A program made the translations under genes and the position numbers. Positions 23,250-35,821 of a DNA stretch of 64,000 nt are shown here, in pieces. The DNA is from Squalus acanthias. Taxonomy: Eukaryota. Location: contig CM059431.1 of assembly GCA_030390025.1 (NCBI GenBank), forward strand, positions 150,352,001 through 150,416,000. Reading direction: 5' to 3'. The notes under the pieces are model-generated. The model was not told where the DNA came from and made no database searches. It saw only the letters and a program-made list of their open reading frames with translations. Position 1 is the first letter of the stretch; each line of letters opens with the position of its first letter.

Positions 23250-24142
23250 TATTGTATCGTGTCTTTCATGACCTCGGGGCATCCCAAAGCACTTCACAGC
23301 CAATTTTAGGTGTCATGGGGATTCAGTGCAGCACTCCCTCGGTACTGCCCCTCCGACAGTGCGGCGCTCCCTCAGAACTACCCCTCCGACAGTGCAGCGC
23401 TCCCTCAGTACTGCTGCCTCCTCCTCCTCTTCCGACAGTGCGGCGCTCCCTCAGTACTGCCCCTCCGACAGTGCGGCGCTCCCTCAGTACTGCCCCTCCG
23501 ACAGTGCGGCGCTCCCTCAGTACTGCCCCTCCGACAGTGCGGCGCTCCCTCAGTACTGCCCCTCCGACAGCGCGGCGCTCCCTCAGTACTGCCCCTCCGA
23601 CAGCGCAGCCCTCCGACAGCGCAGCGCTCCCTCAGTACTGCCCCTCCGACAGCGCAGCCCTCCGACAGCGCAGCGCTCCCTCAGTACTGCCCCTCCGACA
23701 GCGCAGCCCTCCGACAGCGCAGGGCTCCCTCAGTACTGCCCCTCCGACAGCGCGGCGCTCCCTCAGTACTGCCCCTCCGACAGCGCGGCGCTCCCTCAGT
23801 ACTGCCCCTCCGACAGTGCGGCGCTCCCTCAGTACTGCCCCTCCGACAGTGCAGCGCTCCCTCAGTACTGCCCCTCCGACAGTGCGGCGCTCCCTCAGTA
23901 CTGCCCTTCCGACAGTGCAGCGCTCCCTCAGTACTGCCCCTCCGACAGTGCGGCGCTCCCTCAGTACTGCCTCTGCCGCCTCCTCCTCCGACGGTGCCCC
24001 TCCGACAGTGCGGCACTCCCTCAGTACCGGCGCTGGGAGTGTCGGTTTGGATTATGGTGGCTCGAGTCTCCGGAGTGGGGAATCGAACGCCCAACCTTCT
24101 GATTCCGAGGGCGAGTATGCTGCCCACTGAGCCACGGCTACT
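23250..24142 (-). mobile_element. tRNA-headed Deu-domain SINE with expanded 33-bp minisatellite (about 23325-24035)
   Basis: Minus-strand head tggctcagtggg (A box) ... gttcgattccc (B box); about 21 tandem units. Confidence 0.88.
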
Positions 24143-24355
24143 ACCCAAAGTGTGACCAGTGCGTCGTTCCACGCTAATTCCCCTTCCCAACCCCTGCTTC
24201 ACAACTTCCCGATCACACGGTCGCAGTGCTGACCGAGGGGGCACCTGTGCGGCTGTGGCTGGTGGCGCGCACACGGTGGGACAGCTCGGCCAGACATGCC
24301 AGAGTTGGCGCGGGGGGACGTTTAACTACACGTCCGCCAAAAGGAGCAAACACTC

Positions 24356-25150
24356 TAGAACATAGAACATAGAACAGGCCCTTCGAGCCTGCTCCGCCAT
24401 TCAATGTGATCATGGCTGATCCTCTATCTCAATACCATATTCCCGCTCTCTCCCCATACCCCTTGATGCCTTTTGTGTCTGGAAATCTATCTATCTCCTT
24501 CTTAAATATATTCAGTGACTTGGCCTCCACAGCCTTCTGTGGTAGAGAATTCCACAGGTTCACCACCCTCTGAGTGAAGAAATTTCCCCTCATCTCAGTC
24601 CTAAATGTCCTCCCCCGTATCCTGAGACTGTGACCTCTCGTTCTAGACGCCCCCCAGCCAGGGGAAACATCCACCCTGCATCCAGTCTGTCTAGCCCTGT
24701 CAGAATTTTATACGTTTCAATGAGATCCCCCCTCATTCTTCTAAACTCTAGTGAATACAGGCCTAGTCGACCCAATCTATCCTCATATGACAGTCCTGCC
24801 ATCCCAGGAATCAGTCTGTTGAACCTTTGTTGCTCTCCTTCTACGGCAAGTATATCCTTTCTTAGGTAAGGAGACCAAAACTGCACACAGTACTCCAGGT
24901 GTGGACTCACCAAGGCCCTGTATAACTGTAGTAATGCATCCTTGCTCCTGTACTCAAATCCTCTTGCAATGAAGGCCAGCATACCATTTGCTGTCCTAAC
25001 TGCACCTCCATGTTTGCTTTGTGACTGGTGTACAAGGACACCCAGGCCCCTCTGTACATCAACATTTCCCAATCTATCACCATTTAAATAATACTCTGCC
25101 TTTCTGTTTTTCCTACCGAAGTGGATAACTTCACATTTATCCACGTTATA
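24356..25150 (-). mobile_element. CR1 3' end (young family)
   Basis: ORFs 24590-25213 and 24429-24674 (YNVDKCEVIHFG...HLEYCVQFWSP...); (tagaaca)n tail. Confidence 0.92.
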
Positions 25151-25399
25151 CGTTCTAGGATGCATTGTAGTTCTGGTGCGAGTGGTTACGTTTCCTAACA
25201 GCCGTTGGGCCATGCTGCCAGCAGTCTCCCTGGTATTCTTCGATAGGGCACAGGCTGCCGTGCGACATCACTTACCATTTCATTGTGTTCGTCAGTTCAG
25301 ATGGCTTAACTGATTTGCACAGAGACAGCTGTGCATGTGGACAAGGTCCGCACCTTGTTAGGTAATCTGGTGCAGAGGGCACTGAATGCCTTGGGCATA

Positions 25400-26650
25400 T
25401 TGCCACTCCTGCCTCCACGCGCACCCCCTCCCGCCCCCCCAAACTATTCCAACGCTCTCCTGGCCACCTTCCCACCTTCCACCCGCCATAACCTTCAGCT
25501 CATCCGAAGCTCTGCTGCCCCGTGTCCCAACTCGCACCAACTCCCGTTCCCCCATCGCCCGTCCTGTGCTCGCTGACCGACATTGGCTCCCTGTTCGGCC
25601 ACGCCTCAATTATAAGTTTCTCATCCTTGTTTTCAAATACCTTCACGGCCTCGCGCCCCCCTCCCTATCTCTGTAACCTCCTCCATCCCTACAACCCTCC
25701 CCATCTCTGTAACCTCCTCCAGCCCCTACAACCCTCCCTATCTCTGTAACCTCCTCCAGCCCCTACAACCCTCCCTATCTCTGTAACCTCCTCCAGCCCC
25801 TACAACCCTCCCTATCTCTGTAACCTCCTCCAGCCCCCTACAACCCTCCCTATCTCTGTAACCTCCTCCAGCCCCTACAACCCTCCCTATCTCTGTAACC
25901 TCCTCCAGCCCTACAACCCTCCCTATCTCTAACCTCCTCCAGCTCCTACAACCCTCCCCATCTCTGTAACCTCCTCCAGCCCCTACAACCCTCCCTATCT
26001 CTGTAACCTCCTCCAGCCCCTACAACCCTCCCTATCTCTGTAATCTCCTCCAGCCCCTACAACCCTCCCCATCTCTGTAACCTCCTCCAGCCCCTACAAC
26101 CCTCCCTATCTCTGTAACCTCCTCCAGCCCTCGCCCCTCCCTATCTCTGTAACCTCCTCCAGTCCCTACACCCCTCCCTATCTCTGTAACCTCCTCCTGC
26201 CCCTACAACCCTCCCCATCTCTGTAACCTCCTCCAGCACCTACAACCCTCCCTATCTCTGTAACCTCCTCCAGCCCTACAACCCTCCCTATCTCTGTAAC
26301 CTCCTCCAGCCCTACAACCCTCCCTATCTCTGTAACCTCCTCCAGCCCTACAACCCTCCCTATCTCTGTAACCTCCTCCAGATCTACAACCCTCCCTATC
26401 TCTGTAACCTCCTCCAGCCCCTACACCCCTCCCTATCTCTGCACCTGTCCTGACATCTCCTTAAATGCTGGAAATTCTCAGCGGGCCAGGCAGCATCTGT
26501 GGGGAGAGAGACCGTGTTAACGTTTGAGGTCGATGACCTTTTGTCTGAGGTGAGATGTGGCTCGGTGTCACATTTTGTTTGGTAACGCTCCTGTGAAGCG
26601 CTTTGGGATGTTTGACTGTGAAAAGGCGCTATATAAATGCAAGATGTTGA
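25400..26650 (+). mobile_element. L2 3' fragment with expanded 37-bp minisatellite (about 25660-26440) and a small Penelope-terminus insert (about 26464-26555)
   Basis: actattccaacgctctcctggcc L2 text; unit tctctgtaacctcctccagcccctacaaccctcccta (about 21 copies); aaatgctggaaattctcagc...ttaacgtttgaggtcgatgacc matches the 38.3-kb PLE end. Confidence 0.87.
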
Positions 26651-26659
26651 TTACTGCAC

Positions 26660-27230
26660 CCTTCTGCTGAATCTTTATAAAGCGCTGGTTAGGCCACAAC
26701 TGGAGTATTGCGTCCAGTTCTGGTCACCACACTTCAGGAAGGATGTGAAGGCCCTTGAGAGGGTGCAGAGGAGATTTACCAGAATGGTTCCGGGGATGGG
26801 GGATCTTAGCGACAAGGACAGGTTGGAGAAGCTGGATTTGTTTTCATCAGAGCAAAGGAGGTTGAGGAGTGATTTGATAGAGGATTATGACGGGTTTGGA
26901 TAGGCTAGACGGGGAAAGGCTGTTCCCACTAGTTGATGGTACAAGGACTAGGGGGACACAGATTTAAGGTTTTGGGCAAGAGATACAGGGGGGATGTGAG
27001 GCAAAACTTTTTTACGCAGCGAGTGGTGAGGACCTGGAACTCGCTGCCGACGGAAGTGGTGGAAGCGGAGACACTCAATGTTTTCAAGGGGAGAATGGAT
27101 AGGCACTTGAGGGAAATAAACTTGCAGGGCTACAGGGATAGAACGGGGGAATGGGACTGACTGGATTGCTCTACAGAGAGTCGGCACGGACTCGATGGGC
27201 CGAATGGCCTCCTCCTGTGCCTGTATGACT
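26660..27230 (+). mobile_element. CR1 3' end (same family as 63357-63795)
   Basis: LYKALVRPQLEYCVQFWSP...; FFTQRVVRTWNSLP. Confidence 0.88.
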
Positions 27231-27479
27231 GTATTGCTGTTGGTTTTCCAAATTCTCTTTTTTTTATTGAGTGTCAACTTGGCTGAATCTGTCACACTCT
27301 CCCCTTAAATGCATCGAATGTCCAGCTCAGAAACTGGCTGCTTGGCCCAACTGGTCCATGCCGGTGTTTATACTCCGCATGAGTCTCCTCCCACCCGGAA
27401 TGTGTCCGTGCTCTCTGCGTCAGCTACTACATGTGGCAGCGAGTTCCACCTTCTACCCACTCTGTGTAAAGCGGGTCAG

Positions 27480-28450
27480 ACGTGGCTCAATGGGTAACTC
27501 ATTCGCTTGAGTCAGAAGGTCGTGGGTTCGAGTCCCCACTCCAGAGACTTGAGCCCCTTAATCCAGGCCGACACTCCCCAGGGCAAGTGCTGAGGGAGCG
27601 CTGCACTGTCCGAGGGGCAGTACTGAGGGAGCACCGCACTGTCGGAGGGGCAGTACTGAGGGAGCGCTGCACTGTCGGAGGATCAGTACTGAGGGAGCTC
27701 CGCACTGTCGGAGGGGCAGTACTGAGGGAGCTCCGCACTGTCGGAGGGGCAGTACTGAGGGAGCGCTGCACTGTCGGAGGGACAGTACTGAGGGAGCGCT
27801 GCACTGTCGGAGCGGCAGTACTGAGGGAGTACTGCACTGTCGGAGGGGGCAGCGCTGAGGGAGCGCGAAACTGTCGGAGGGGCAGTACTGAGGGAGCGCG
27901 GAACTGTCGGAGGGACAGTACTGAGGGAGCGCTGCACTGTCGGAGGGGCAGTACTGAGGGAGCGCTGCACTGTCGGAGGGGCAGTACTGAGGGAGCGCTG
28001 CACTGTCGGAGGGGCAGTACTGAGGGAGCGCTGCACTGTCGGAGGGGCAGTACTGAGGGAGCGCTGCACTGTCGGAGGGACAGTACTGAGGGAGCGCTGC
28101 ACTGTCGGAGCGGCAGTACTGAGGGAGTACTGCACTGTCGGAGGGGGCAGCGCTGAGGGAGCGCGAAACTGTCGGAGGGGCAGTACTGAGGGAGCGCGGA
28201 ACTGTCGGAGGGACAGTACTGAGGGAGCGCTGCACTGTCGGAGGGGCAGTACTGAGGGAGCGCTGCACTGTCGGAGGGGCAGTACTGAGGGAGCGCTGCA
28301 CTGTCGGAGGGGCAGTACTGAGGGAGCGCTGCACTGTCTGAGGTGCTGTTTTAAACCCGAGGGCCCCGTCTGGCCTCTCGGGTGGAAGTAAAAGATCCTG
28401 CAGCCATTATTTCAGAAGAGCAAGGCAGAGTTCTCCCCGGTGTCCTGGTC
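27480..28450 (+). mobile_element. tRNA-headed Deu-domain SINE with expanded 33-bp minisatellite (about 27585-28345)
   Basis: tggctcaatggg A box and ggttcgagtcc B box; about 23 units; then ggccccgtctg...taaaagatcc SINE body. Confidence 0.9.
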
Positions 28451-28564
28451 ACTTTGCACCAGGCTGAGAAACTCCCCTTTACTCTTGCCCTGTACGGTTC
28501 TGTTTCATGGCCACCGTTCAATCTGTTCTGCCAACTGGCCCTTGACTCCTTGCAGTGGCACCTT

Positions 28565-30170
28565 ATTAGTTCCTGGGATGGGGGGATTGTCCTATGAGGA
28601 GAGATTGAGTAGACTAGGCCTATATTCTCTGGAGTTTAGAAGAATGAGAGATGATCTCTTTGAAACAGCCACAATTCTTACAGGGCTTGACAGGGTAGAT
28701 GCAGGGAGGATGTTTCCCCTGGCTGGGGAGTCTGGAACCAGGGGTCACAGTCTCAGAATAAGGGGTCGGCCATTTAGGACTGAGATGAGGAGAAATTTCT
28801 TCACTCAGAGGGTGGTGAATCTTTGGAATTCTCCATCCCAGAGAGCTGTGGAGGCTCAGTCGTTGAGTATATTCAAGATAGAGATCGATAGATTTTTGAA
28901 TATTAAGGAAATCAAGGGATATGGGGATAATGCCGGAAAGTGGAGTTGAGGTAGAAGATCAGCCATGATCTTATTGACTGGCGGAGCAGGCTCGAAGGGT
29001 CAAATGGCCGACTCCTGCTCCTATTTCTTATGTACTTATGTTCTTATCGAAGGTCTTTCAAAAGGCCATGTATACCACATTCACCACATTGCCCTTGTCT
29101 ACTTTATTTCTTTAACAGAGAGTTGGAATAAATGGGTCTTTTTTGGGGTGGCAGGCGGTGACTAGTGGGGTACAGCAGGGATCAGTGCTTGGGCCCCAGC
29201 TATTCACAATATATATCAATGATTTGGATGAGGGAACCAAATGTAATATTTCCAAGTTTGCTGATGACACGAAACTAGGTGGGGTTGTGAGGAGGATGCA
29301 AAGAGGCTTCAAGGCGATTTAGACAAGTTGAGTGAGTGGGCAAATACATGGCAGATGCAGTATAACGTGGATAAATGTGAAGTTATCCACTTCGGTAGGA
29401 AAAACAGAAAGGCAGAGTATTATTTAAATGGTGATAGATTGGGAAATGTTGACGTACAGAGGGACCTGGGTGTCCTCGTACACCAGTCACTGAAAGCAAA
29501 CATGCAGGCGCAGCAAGCAGTTAGGAAGGCAAATGGTATGTTGGCCTTCATTGCAAGAGGATTTGAGTACAGGAGCAAGGATGTCTTACTACAGTTATAC
29601 AGGGCCTTGGTGAGACCACACCTTGGAGTACTGTGTGCAGTTTTGGTCTCCTTACCTAAGAAAGGATATACTTGCCATAGAAGGAGAGCAACAAAGGTTC
29701 AACAGACTGATTCCTGGGATGGCAGGACTATCATATGAGGAGAGATTGGGTCGACTAGGCCTGTATTCACGAGTTTAGAAGAATGAGAGGGGATCTCATT
29801 GAAACGTATAAAATTCTGACAGGGCTAGACAGACTGGATGCAGGGTGGATGTTTCCCCTGGCGAGGGGGGGGTCTTGAACGCGGGGGTCACAGTCTCAGG
29901 ATACGGGGGAGGACATTTAGGACTGAGATGAGGAGAGATTTCTTCACTCAGAGGGTGGTGAACCTGTGGAATTCTCTACCACAGAAGGCTGTGGAGGCCA
30001 AGTCACTGAATATTTTTAAGGAGATAGATTTTCTAGACACAAAAGGCATCAAGGGGTATGGGGAGAGAGGGGGAATATGGTATTGAGATAGAGGATCAGC
30101 CATGATATTAAATGGCGGAGCAGGCTCGAAGGCCAAATGGCCTACTCCTATTTTTCTATGTTTCTATGCT
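28565..30170 (+). mobile_element. Two CR1 3' portions (about 28565-29045 and about 29115-30170)
   Basis: PGMGGLSYEERL...; QGSVLGPQLF, FADD and WQMQYNVDKCEV motifs; terminal hairpins. Confidence 0.9.
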
Positions 30171-30589
30171 TCTAAAGAATTCAATAAGGTTGGCTAAACC
30201 TGACCTTTTAGAAATCCATGCTGACTCTTCATTATATTCCAAATGTTACCTGATTTACAGAGTTAACATCGTATTTACAGTGCAGAAACAGGCCTTTCGG
30301 CCCATCAGGTCCATGCACACGAGCCTCCTCCCACCCTACTTCATCTAACCCCATCAACAGATCCTCCTTTTCCTTTCTCCCTCGCGTGTTTATCGAGCAT
30401 CCCCTGGAATGCATCGATACCGAGCTCTTCAGCTACTGCCTGTGGTTGCGAATTCCACATTCTCGCAAAGGGTAGTGGAAATTTGGAAAACTCGCCCCCA
30501 AAAAGCTGGAGGTTGGGTGGTAGGGTGGGCAATTGAAAATTTAAAACCTGAGATTGATAGGTTTTTGTTGGGTAAGAGTAGGATTCGAC

Positions 30590-32497
30590 AAAGGAGGACA
30601 AAGGGATTAATTAAGAGGGGGGAAAATAGAATATGAAAGTAAGCTTGCATGGAACATAAAAACTGACTGTAAAAGCTTTTATAGATATGTGAAAAGAAAA
30701 AGATTGGTGCAGTCAAGCGTAGGTCCCTTGCAGTCAGAATCAGGGGAACTTATAATGGGGACCAAAGAAATGGCAGACCAATTAAATACATATTTTGGTT
30801 CTGTCTTCACAAAGGGGGACACAAGTAACCTCCCAGAGATGTCAGGGAACATAGGGTCTGATGAAAGGGAGGAACTGAAAGAAATCAGTATTTGTAGGAA
30901 AATGGTGTTATGGAAATTGGCGGAATTGAAGGCTGATAAATCCCCAGGGCCTGATAATCTACATCCTAGGGTACTTAAGGAAGTGGCCCTAGAAATAGTA
31001 GATGCATTGCTGATCATCTTCCAACATTCGATGGAATCTGGAACAATACCCATGGATTGGAGGGTAGCTAATGTTACCCCACTATTCAAAAAAAGGTGCT
31101 GGAGAGAAAACGGGGAATTACAGCCTGACATCGGTAGTGGGGAAAATGCTAGAGTCCATTATAAAAGATGTAACAGCAGAGCACTTGGAAAACAGTGACA
31201 GGATCGGACAAAGTCAACATGGATTTACAAAAGGTAAATCGTGCTTGACTAATCTACTGGAATTTTTTGAGGATGTAACTGGTAAAATAGATAAGGGAGA
31301 ACCAGTGGATGTGGTGTATTTGGACTTTCAGAAGGCTTTCGATAAGGTCCCGCGTAAGAGATTAGCATGTAAAGTTAAGGCACATGGGATTGGGGGCAAG
31401 GTATTGACTTGGATAGAGAACTGGTTGGCAGACAGGAAGCAATGAGTTGGAATAAACGGGTCTTTTTCCGAGTGGCAGGCAGTGACTAGTGGGGTACCGC
31501 AGGGATCGGTCCTTGGACCCCAGCTATTCACAATATATATTAATGATCTAGACAACGGAACTAGATGTAATATCTCCAAGTTTGCAGACGACACAAAGCT
31601 GGGTGGGCGTGTGTGCTGTGAGGAGGATACCGAGAAACTCCAGGATGATTTGGACAGGTTGGGTGATTGGGCAGAAGCGTGGCAGATGCAATATAACGTG
31701 GATAAATGCGAGGTTATCCACTTTGGTGTCAAAAACAGGAAGGCAGATTATTATCTGAATGGCAATAGATTGGGAGAAGGGGAAGTGCAACGAGACCTGG
31801 GTGTCCTTGTGCACCAGTCGCTGAAGGTAAGCATGCAGGTGCAGCAGGCGGTTAAGAAGGCAAATGGTATGTTAGCCTTCATAGCGAGGGGGTTTGAGTA
31901 CAGGAGCAAGGATGTCCTGCTGCAGTTGTACAGGGCCTTGGTGAGACCACATCTTGAGTATTGTGTGCAGTTTTGGTCGCCTTATCTGAGGAAGGAGGTT
32001 CTTGCCATGGAAGGAGTTCAGCGAAGATTCACCAGGCTGATACCTGGGATGCAGGAATGACGTATGAGGAGAGATTGGGTCGATTGGGCTTATACTCGCT
32101 GGAGTATAGAAGAATGAGAGGGGATCTCATTGAAACTTATAAAATTCTGAAAGGACTGGAGAGATTAGATGCAGGAAGGATGTTCCCGATGGTCGGGGAG
32201 TCCAGAACCAGGGGTCACAGTCGAAGGATAAGGGGTAAGCCATTTAGGACAGAAATGAGGAGGAATTTCTTCACCCAGTGAGTGGTGAACCTGTGGAATT
32301 CTCTACCACAGAAGACAGTAGAGTCCAATTCATTAAATATCTTCAAGAAGGCGTTAGATATATTTCTTAAGGCTAAAGGGATCAAGGGATATGGGGAGAA
32401 AGCAGGGACAGGGCTCTGAATTTGGATGATCAGCCATGATCTGATTGAATGGCGCAGCAGGCTCGAGGGGCCGAATGGCCTACTCCTGCTCCTATGT
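30590..32497 (+). mobile_element. CR1 ORF2 remnant with RT domain through to the 3' end
   Basis: ORFs 30689-31198 (KSPGPDNLHPRVLKE), 31071-31445 (QHGF, YLDFQKAFDKVP), 31482-32060 (GVPQGSVLGP, FADD); frameshifts and stops. Confidence 0.93.
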
Positions 32498-32587
32498 TTA
32501 CTTTTTATATTTGATATTTTCGCATCTTCTCTTTGCCTTCCATATTGCCGCCTTTACCTCTTTCATATGCTCCTCACATTCCCTTTA

Positions 32588-33460
32588 CATAGATACATAG
32601 ATACATAGAAGATAGGAGCAGGAGTAGGCCATCCGGCCCTTCGAGCCTGCTCCGCCATTTAATGAGATCATGGCTGATCCTCCAATTCAGTATCCCGTCC
32701 CCGCCTTCTCTCCGTAACCCTTAAGCCCTTTTGCCTGTAGAAATATATCTAATTCCCTCTTAAATATATTTAATGAGCTGGCGTACACTGCCCTCTGTGG
32801 CAATGAGTTCCACAGGTTCACCACCCTCTGAGTGAAGAAATTCCCCCTCATTTCTGTCCTAAATGGTTTAGCCCTTATCCTTAAATTATGTCCTCTAGTT
32901 CTGTTCTCACCCGCCAAGGGAAACATTCCTTCTGCATCTAGTCTGTCTAGACCTGTCAGAATTTTATACACTTCTATGAGGTCCCCTCTCAATCTTCTAA
33001 ACTCCAGTGTGTACATCCCTAAACTACATAGTCTCTCCTCATAGGTCAATCCCGCCATTCCTGGTATCAGCCTGGTGAATCGCCGCTGCACCCCCTCCAT
33101 GGCAAGAACATCTTTCCTCAGATGAGGCGACCAAAACTGTACACAGTACTCGAGGTGTGGTCTCACCAGTGCCCTGTACAGCTGCAGCAAGGTATCCCTG
33201 TTCCTGTATTCCAACCCTTTTGCTATGAAGGCCAGCATACCGTTTGCCTTCTTGATCGCCTGTTGCACCTGCATGCTCGCCTTCAGTGACTGGTGTACAA
33301 GAACACCCAGGTCTCTCTGTACTTCCCCCTCTCCCAATTTATTGCCATTTAAATAATAATTTGCCCTCCCGTTCCTGCACCCAAGGTGGATAACTTCGCA
33401 CTTGTCCACATTATAGTGCATCTGCCATTTATCCGCCCAATCACCCAGTCTGTCCAAATC
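32588..33460 (-). mobile_element. CR1 3' end with uninterrupted ORF2 C-terminus
   Basis: ORF 32687-33478; (tctatgta)n tail. Flanking AT-rich sequence (about 32500-32587 and 33461-33900) looks like an older degraded CR1 (SDRNTISFKIIIE). Confidence 0.92.
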
Positions 33461-33929
33461 TCTCGTCCTCTCCTTCATTGCCTATGCAATTCGCATAAGC
33501 CTTTTTTTTTAGTCTTCGTCAAATTCAATTCCATCTACACTTTATTTAACTGTTGCGTCTCCTTGTTGCTTACTTTGTTTTTAGTGGAATCTATTTCTCC
33601 CGAACTCTTGATTTCTCAAATATTGTCGACTCTTCTGCCTCTTTGTCAATATTTTTCTCCTGGGTTAGTTCTATCCTTGTTAGCTCAGGATTGGCTTTTA
33701 TCCAGTCTTATTACCTTGGTCTTTGTACTATCTCTAATCAATCTCAATTATTATCTTAAAGCTTATTGTATTGCGATCGCTACTCCCTCGATGCACCGCC
33801 CCCATACTTATCTGCTCCGGTACATTTCCCGTTGATAGATCTATCGGTGATTCCTCCCTTATTGGGCTTCTTGCGCAGTGAGTCAGAAAGGACTCTTGTA
33901 CGCAGTGTAGTTCATAGAAAGATACAACA

Positions 33930-34465
33930 GGTTGTGTTTGTATAGCACCTTTAATGTAGCAAAACGTTCCATGGCACTTCAAGACCGTTAGCAATAAAAG
34001 CATTTTTGACACTGAGCCACAAGGAGATATTGGGCCAGATGGCCAATAGCTTGGTCAGAGGTAGGTTTTAAGGAGCACCTTAAAGGAGGGAAGAGAGAGG
34101 CAGAAGGTGTTTAGGGAGGGAATTCCAGAGCGGAGGGCCAAGGCAGCAGAAAGCACGGCCGCCAATGGTGGAGCGATTAAAATTGGGGCCAGAATTTGGA
34201 GGGGTGGAGAGATCTCGAAGGCTTGCAGGGCTGGAGGAGGTTACAAAGATGGGAAGGAGCACAGAATGAGGCCATTTGGCCCATCGTGCCTGTGCCGGCT
34301 CTTAGGTAAACATAGAAACATAAAAACTTAGAAAAATAGGAGCAGGAGTAGGCCATTCGGCCCTTTGAGCCTGCTCCGCCATTTAATATGATCATGGCTG
34401 ATCCTCTATCTCAATACCATATTCCCACTCTCTCCCCATACCCCTTGATGCCTTTTGTGTCTAGA
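33930..34465 (-). mobile_element. L2 tail (about 33930-34250) and CR1 tails
   Basis: Reverse complements of the L2 and CR1 termini seen elsewhere in the window. Confidence 0.7.
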
Positions 34466-34499
34466 AATCTACCTTCTCCAGTGCCTCTCTATCCTTTTT

Positions 34500-34915
34500 G
34501 TAATATGGAGACCAGAACTGTGCACAGTAACTCCCAGTATGATATGGAGACCAGAACTGTGCACAGTAACTCCCAGTATGATATGGAGACCAGAACTGTG
34601 CACAGTGCTCCCAGTGTGATATGGAGACCAGAACTGTGCACAGTGCTCCCAGTGTGATATGGAGACCAGAACTGTGCACAGTGCTCCCAGTGTGATATGG
34701 AGACCAGAACTGTGCACAGTACTCCCAGTGTGCTATGGAGACCAGAACTGTGCACAGTACTCCCAGTGTGATATGGAGACCAGAACTGTGCACAGTACTC
34801 CCAGTGTGCTATGGAGACCAGAACTGTGCACAGTACTCCCAGTGTGATATGGAGACCAGAACTGTGCACAGTGCTCCCAGTGTGATATGGAGACCAGAAC
34901 TGTGCACAGTACTCC
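34500..34915 (-). repeat. 38-bp minisatellite derived from CR1 ORF2 (EYCAQFWSPY codons), about 11 units
   Basis: Unit atatggagaccagaactgtgcacagtactcccagtgtg, flanked by VRPHL and YKKD CR1 text. Confidence 0.92.
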
Positions 34916-34934
34916 AAATGTGGTCGAACCAAGG

Positions 34935-35590
34935 TTTGAGGTTTTTATGATTTTATCGGGTAACCAAGGAAGTGATAGGGTTAGATAGAGCGCAACCTTT
35001 TATGCTGGTGTGGGGTAATCTAGGACAAGGGGACATAACCTTACAATCAGAGCCAGACCATTCAGGAGAGAAGTTAGGAAACACCTTGTGCCAAGGGTTG
35101 TAGAAATATGGAATTGTCTCCCACAATAAGCAGTAGATGCTAGCTCAATTAATCATTTTAAATCTGAGATTGCTAGATTTTTGCTAGCCGGGGTATTAAG
35201 GGATACGGTGCCAAGGCGAGTGGATGGAGTTAGGATACAGATCAGTCATGATCTCATTGAATGGCAGAACACCCTCGAAGGGCTGAACGGCCTCCTCCTG
35301 TTCCTTTGTAACAGGCTCGAGGGGCTGAATGGCCTCCTCCTGTTCCTTTGTAACAGGCTCGAGGGGCTGAATGGCCTCCTCCTGTTCCTGTGTAACAGGC
35401 TCGAGGGGCTGAATGGCCACCTCCTGTTCCTGTGTAACAGGCTCAAGGGGCTGAATGGCCTCCTCCTGTTTCTGTGTAACAGGCTCGAGGGGCTGAATGG
35501 GCTGCTCCTGTTCCTGTGTAACAGGCTCGAGGGGCTGAATGTGCTCCTCCTGTTCCTGTGTAACAGGCTCGAGGGGCTGAATGGCGTGTT
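34935..35590 (+). mobile_element. CR1 3' end with terminal hairpin amplified as a 42-bp array (about 35270-35590)
   Basis: Unit aacaggctcgaggggctgaatggcctcctcctgttcctgtgt, about 7-8 copies. Confidence 0.88.
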
Positions 35591-35821
35591 GCTATGATTT
35601 TGCATGCAGATTCCCGCCTCCCTCTGTCTTCTACAAGTTCCTTTTTCATTCTGGTACAGATAGAAGGAAATCCAATATCTCTTGGGTTCGTTGAATGGCC
35701 GCTCTCTTACCAGCGCTGTGGACTGTACTTCACTTGTGCGCATTGACTGAACCAACATCGACCGCCATTCAGTAACCAAAGAAGTAACCCAGCCACAACG
35801 ATTAAGAAGTACTTGCACACT

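Noticed and set aside
27480..27545. tRNA gene (A and B boxes)
   Set aside because: It is the tRNA-derived head of a SINE and continues into the SINE body; no cloverleaf acceptor stem.
30590..32497. Autonomous active LINE
   Set aside because: 5'-truncated, with frameshifts and stops; no intact element exists in the window.
35640..35820. Possible cryptic exon after ctttttcattctggtacAG
   Set aside because: No recognisable protein and no convincing donor; cannot be supported without RNA data.
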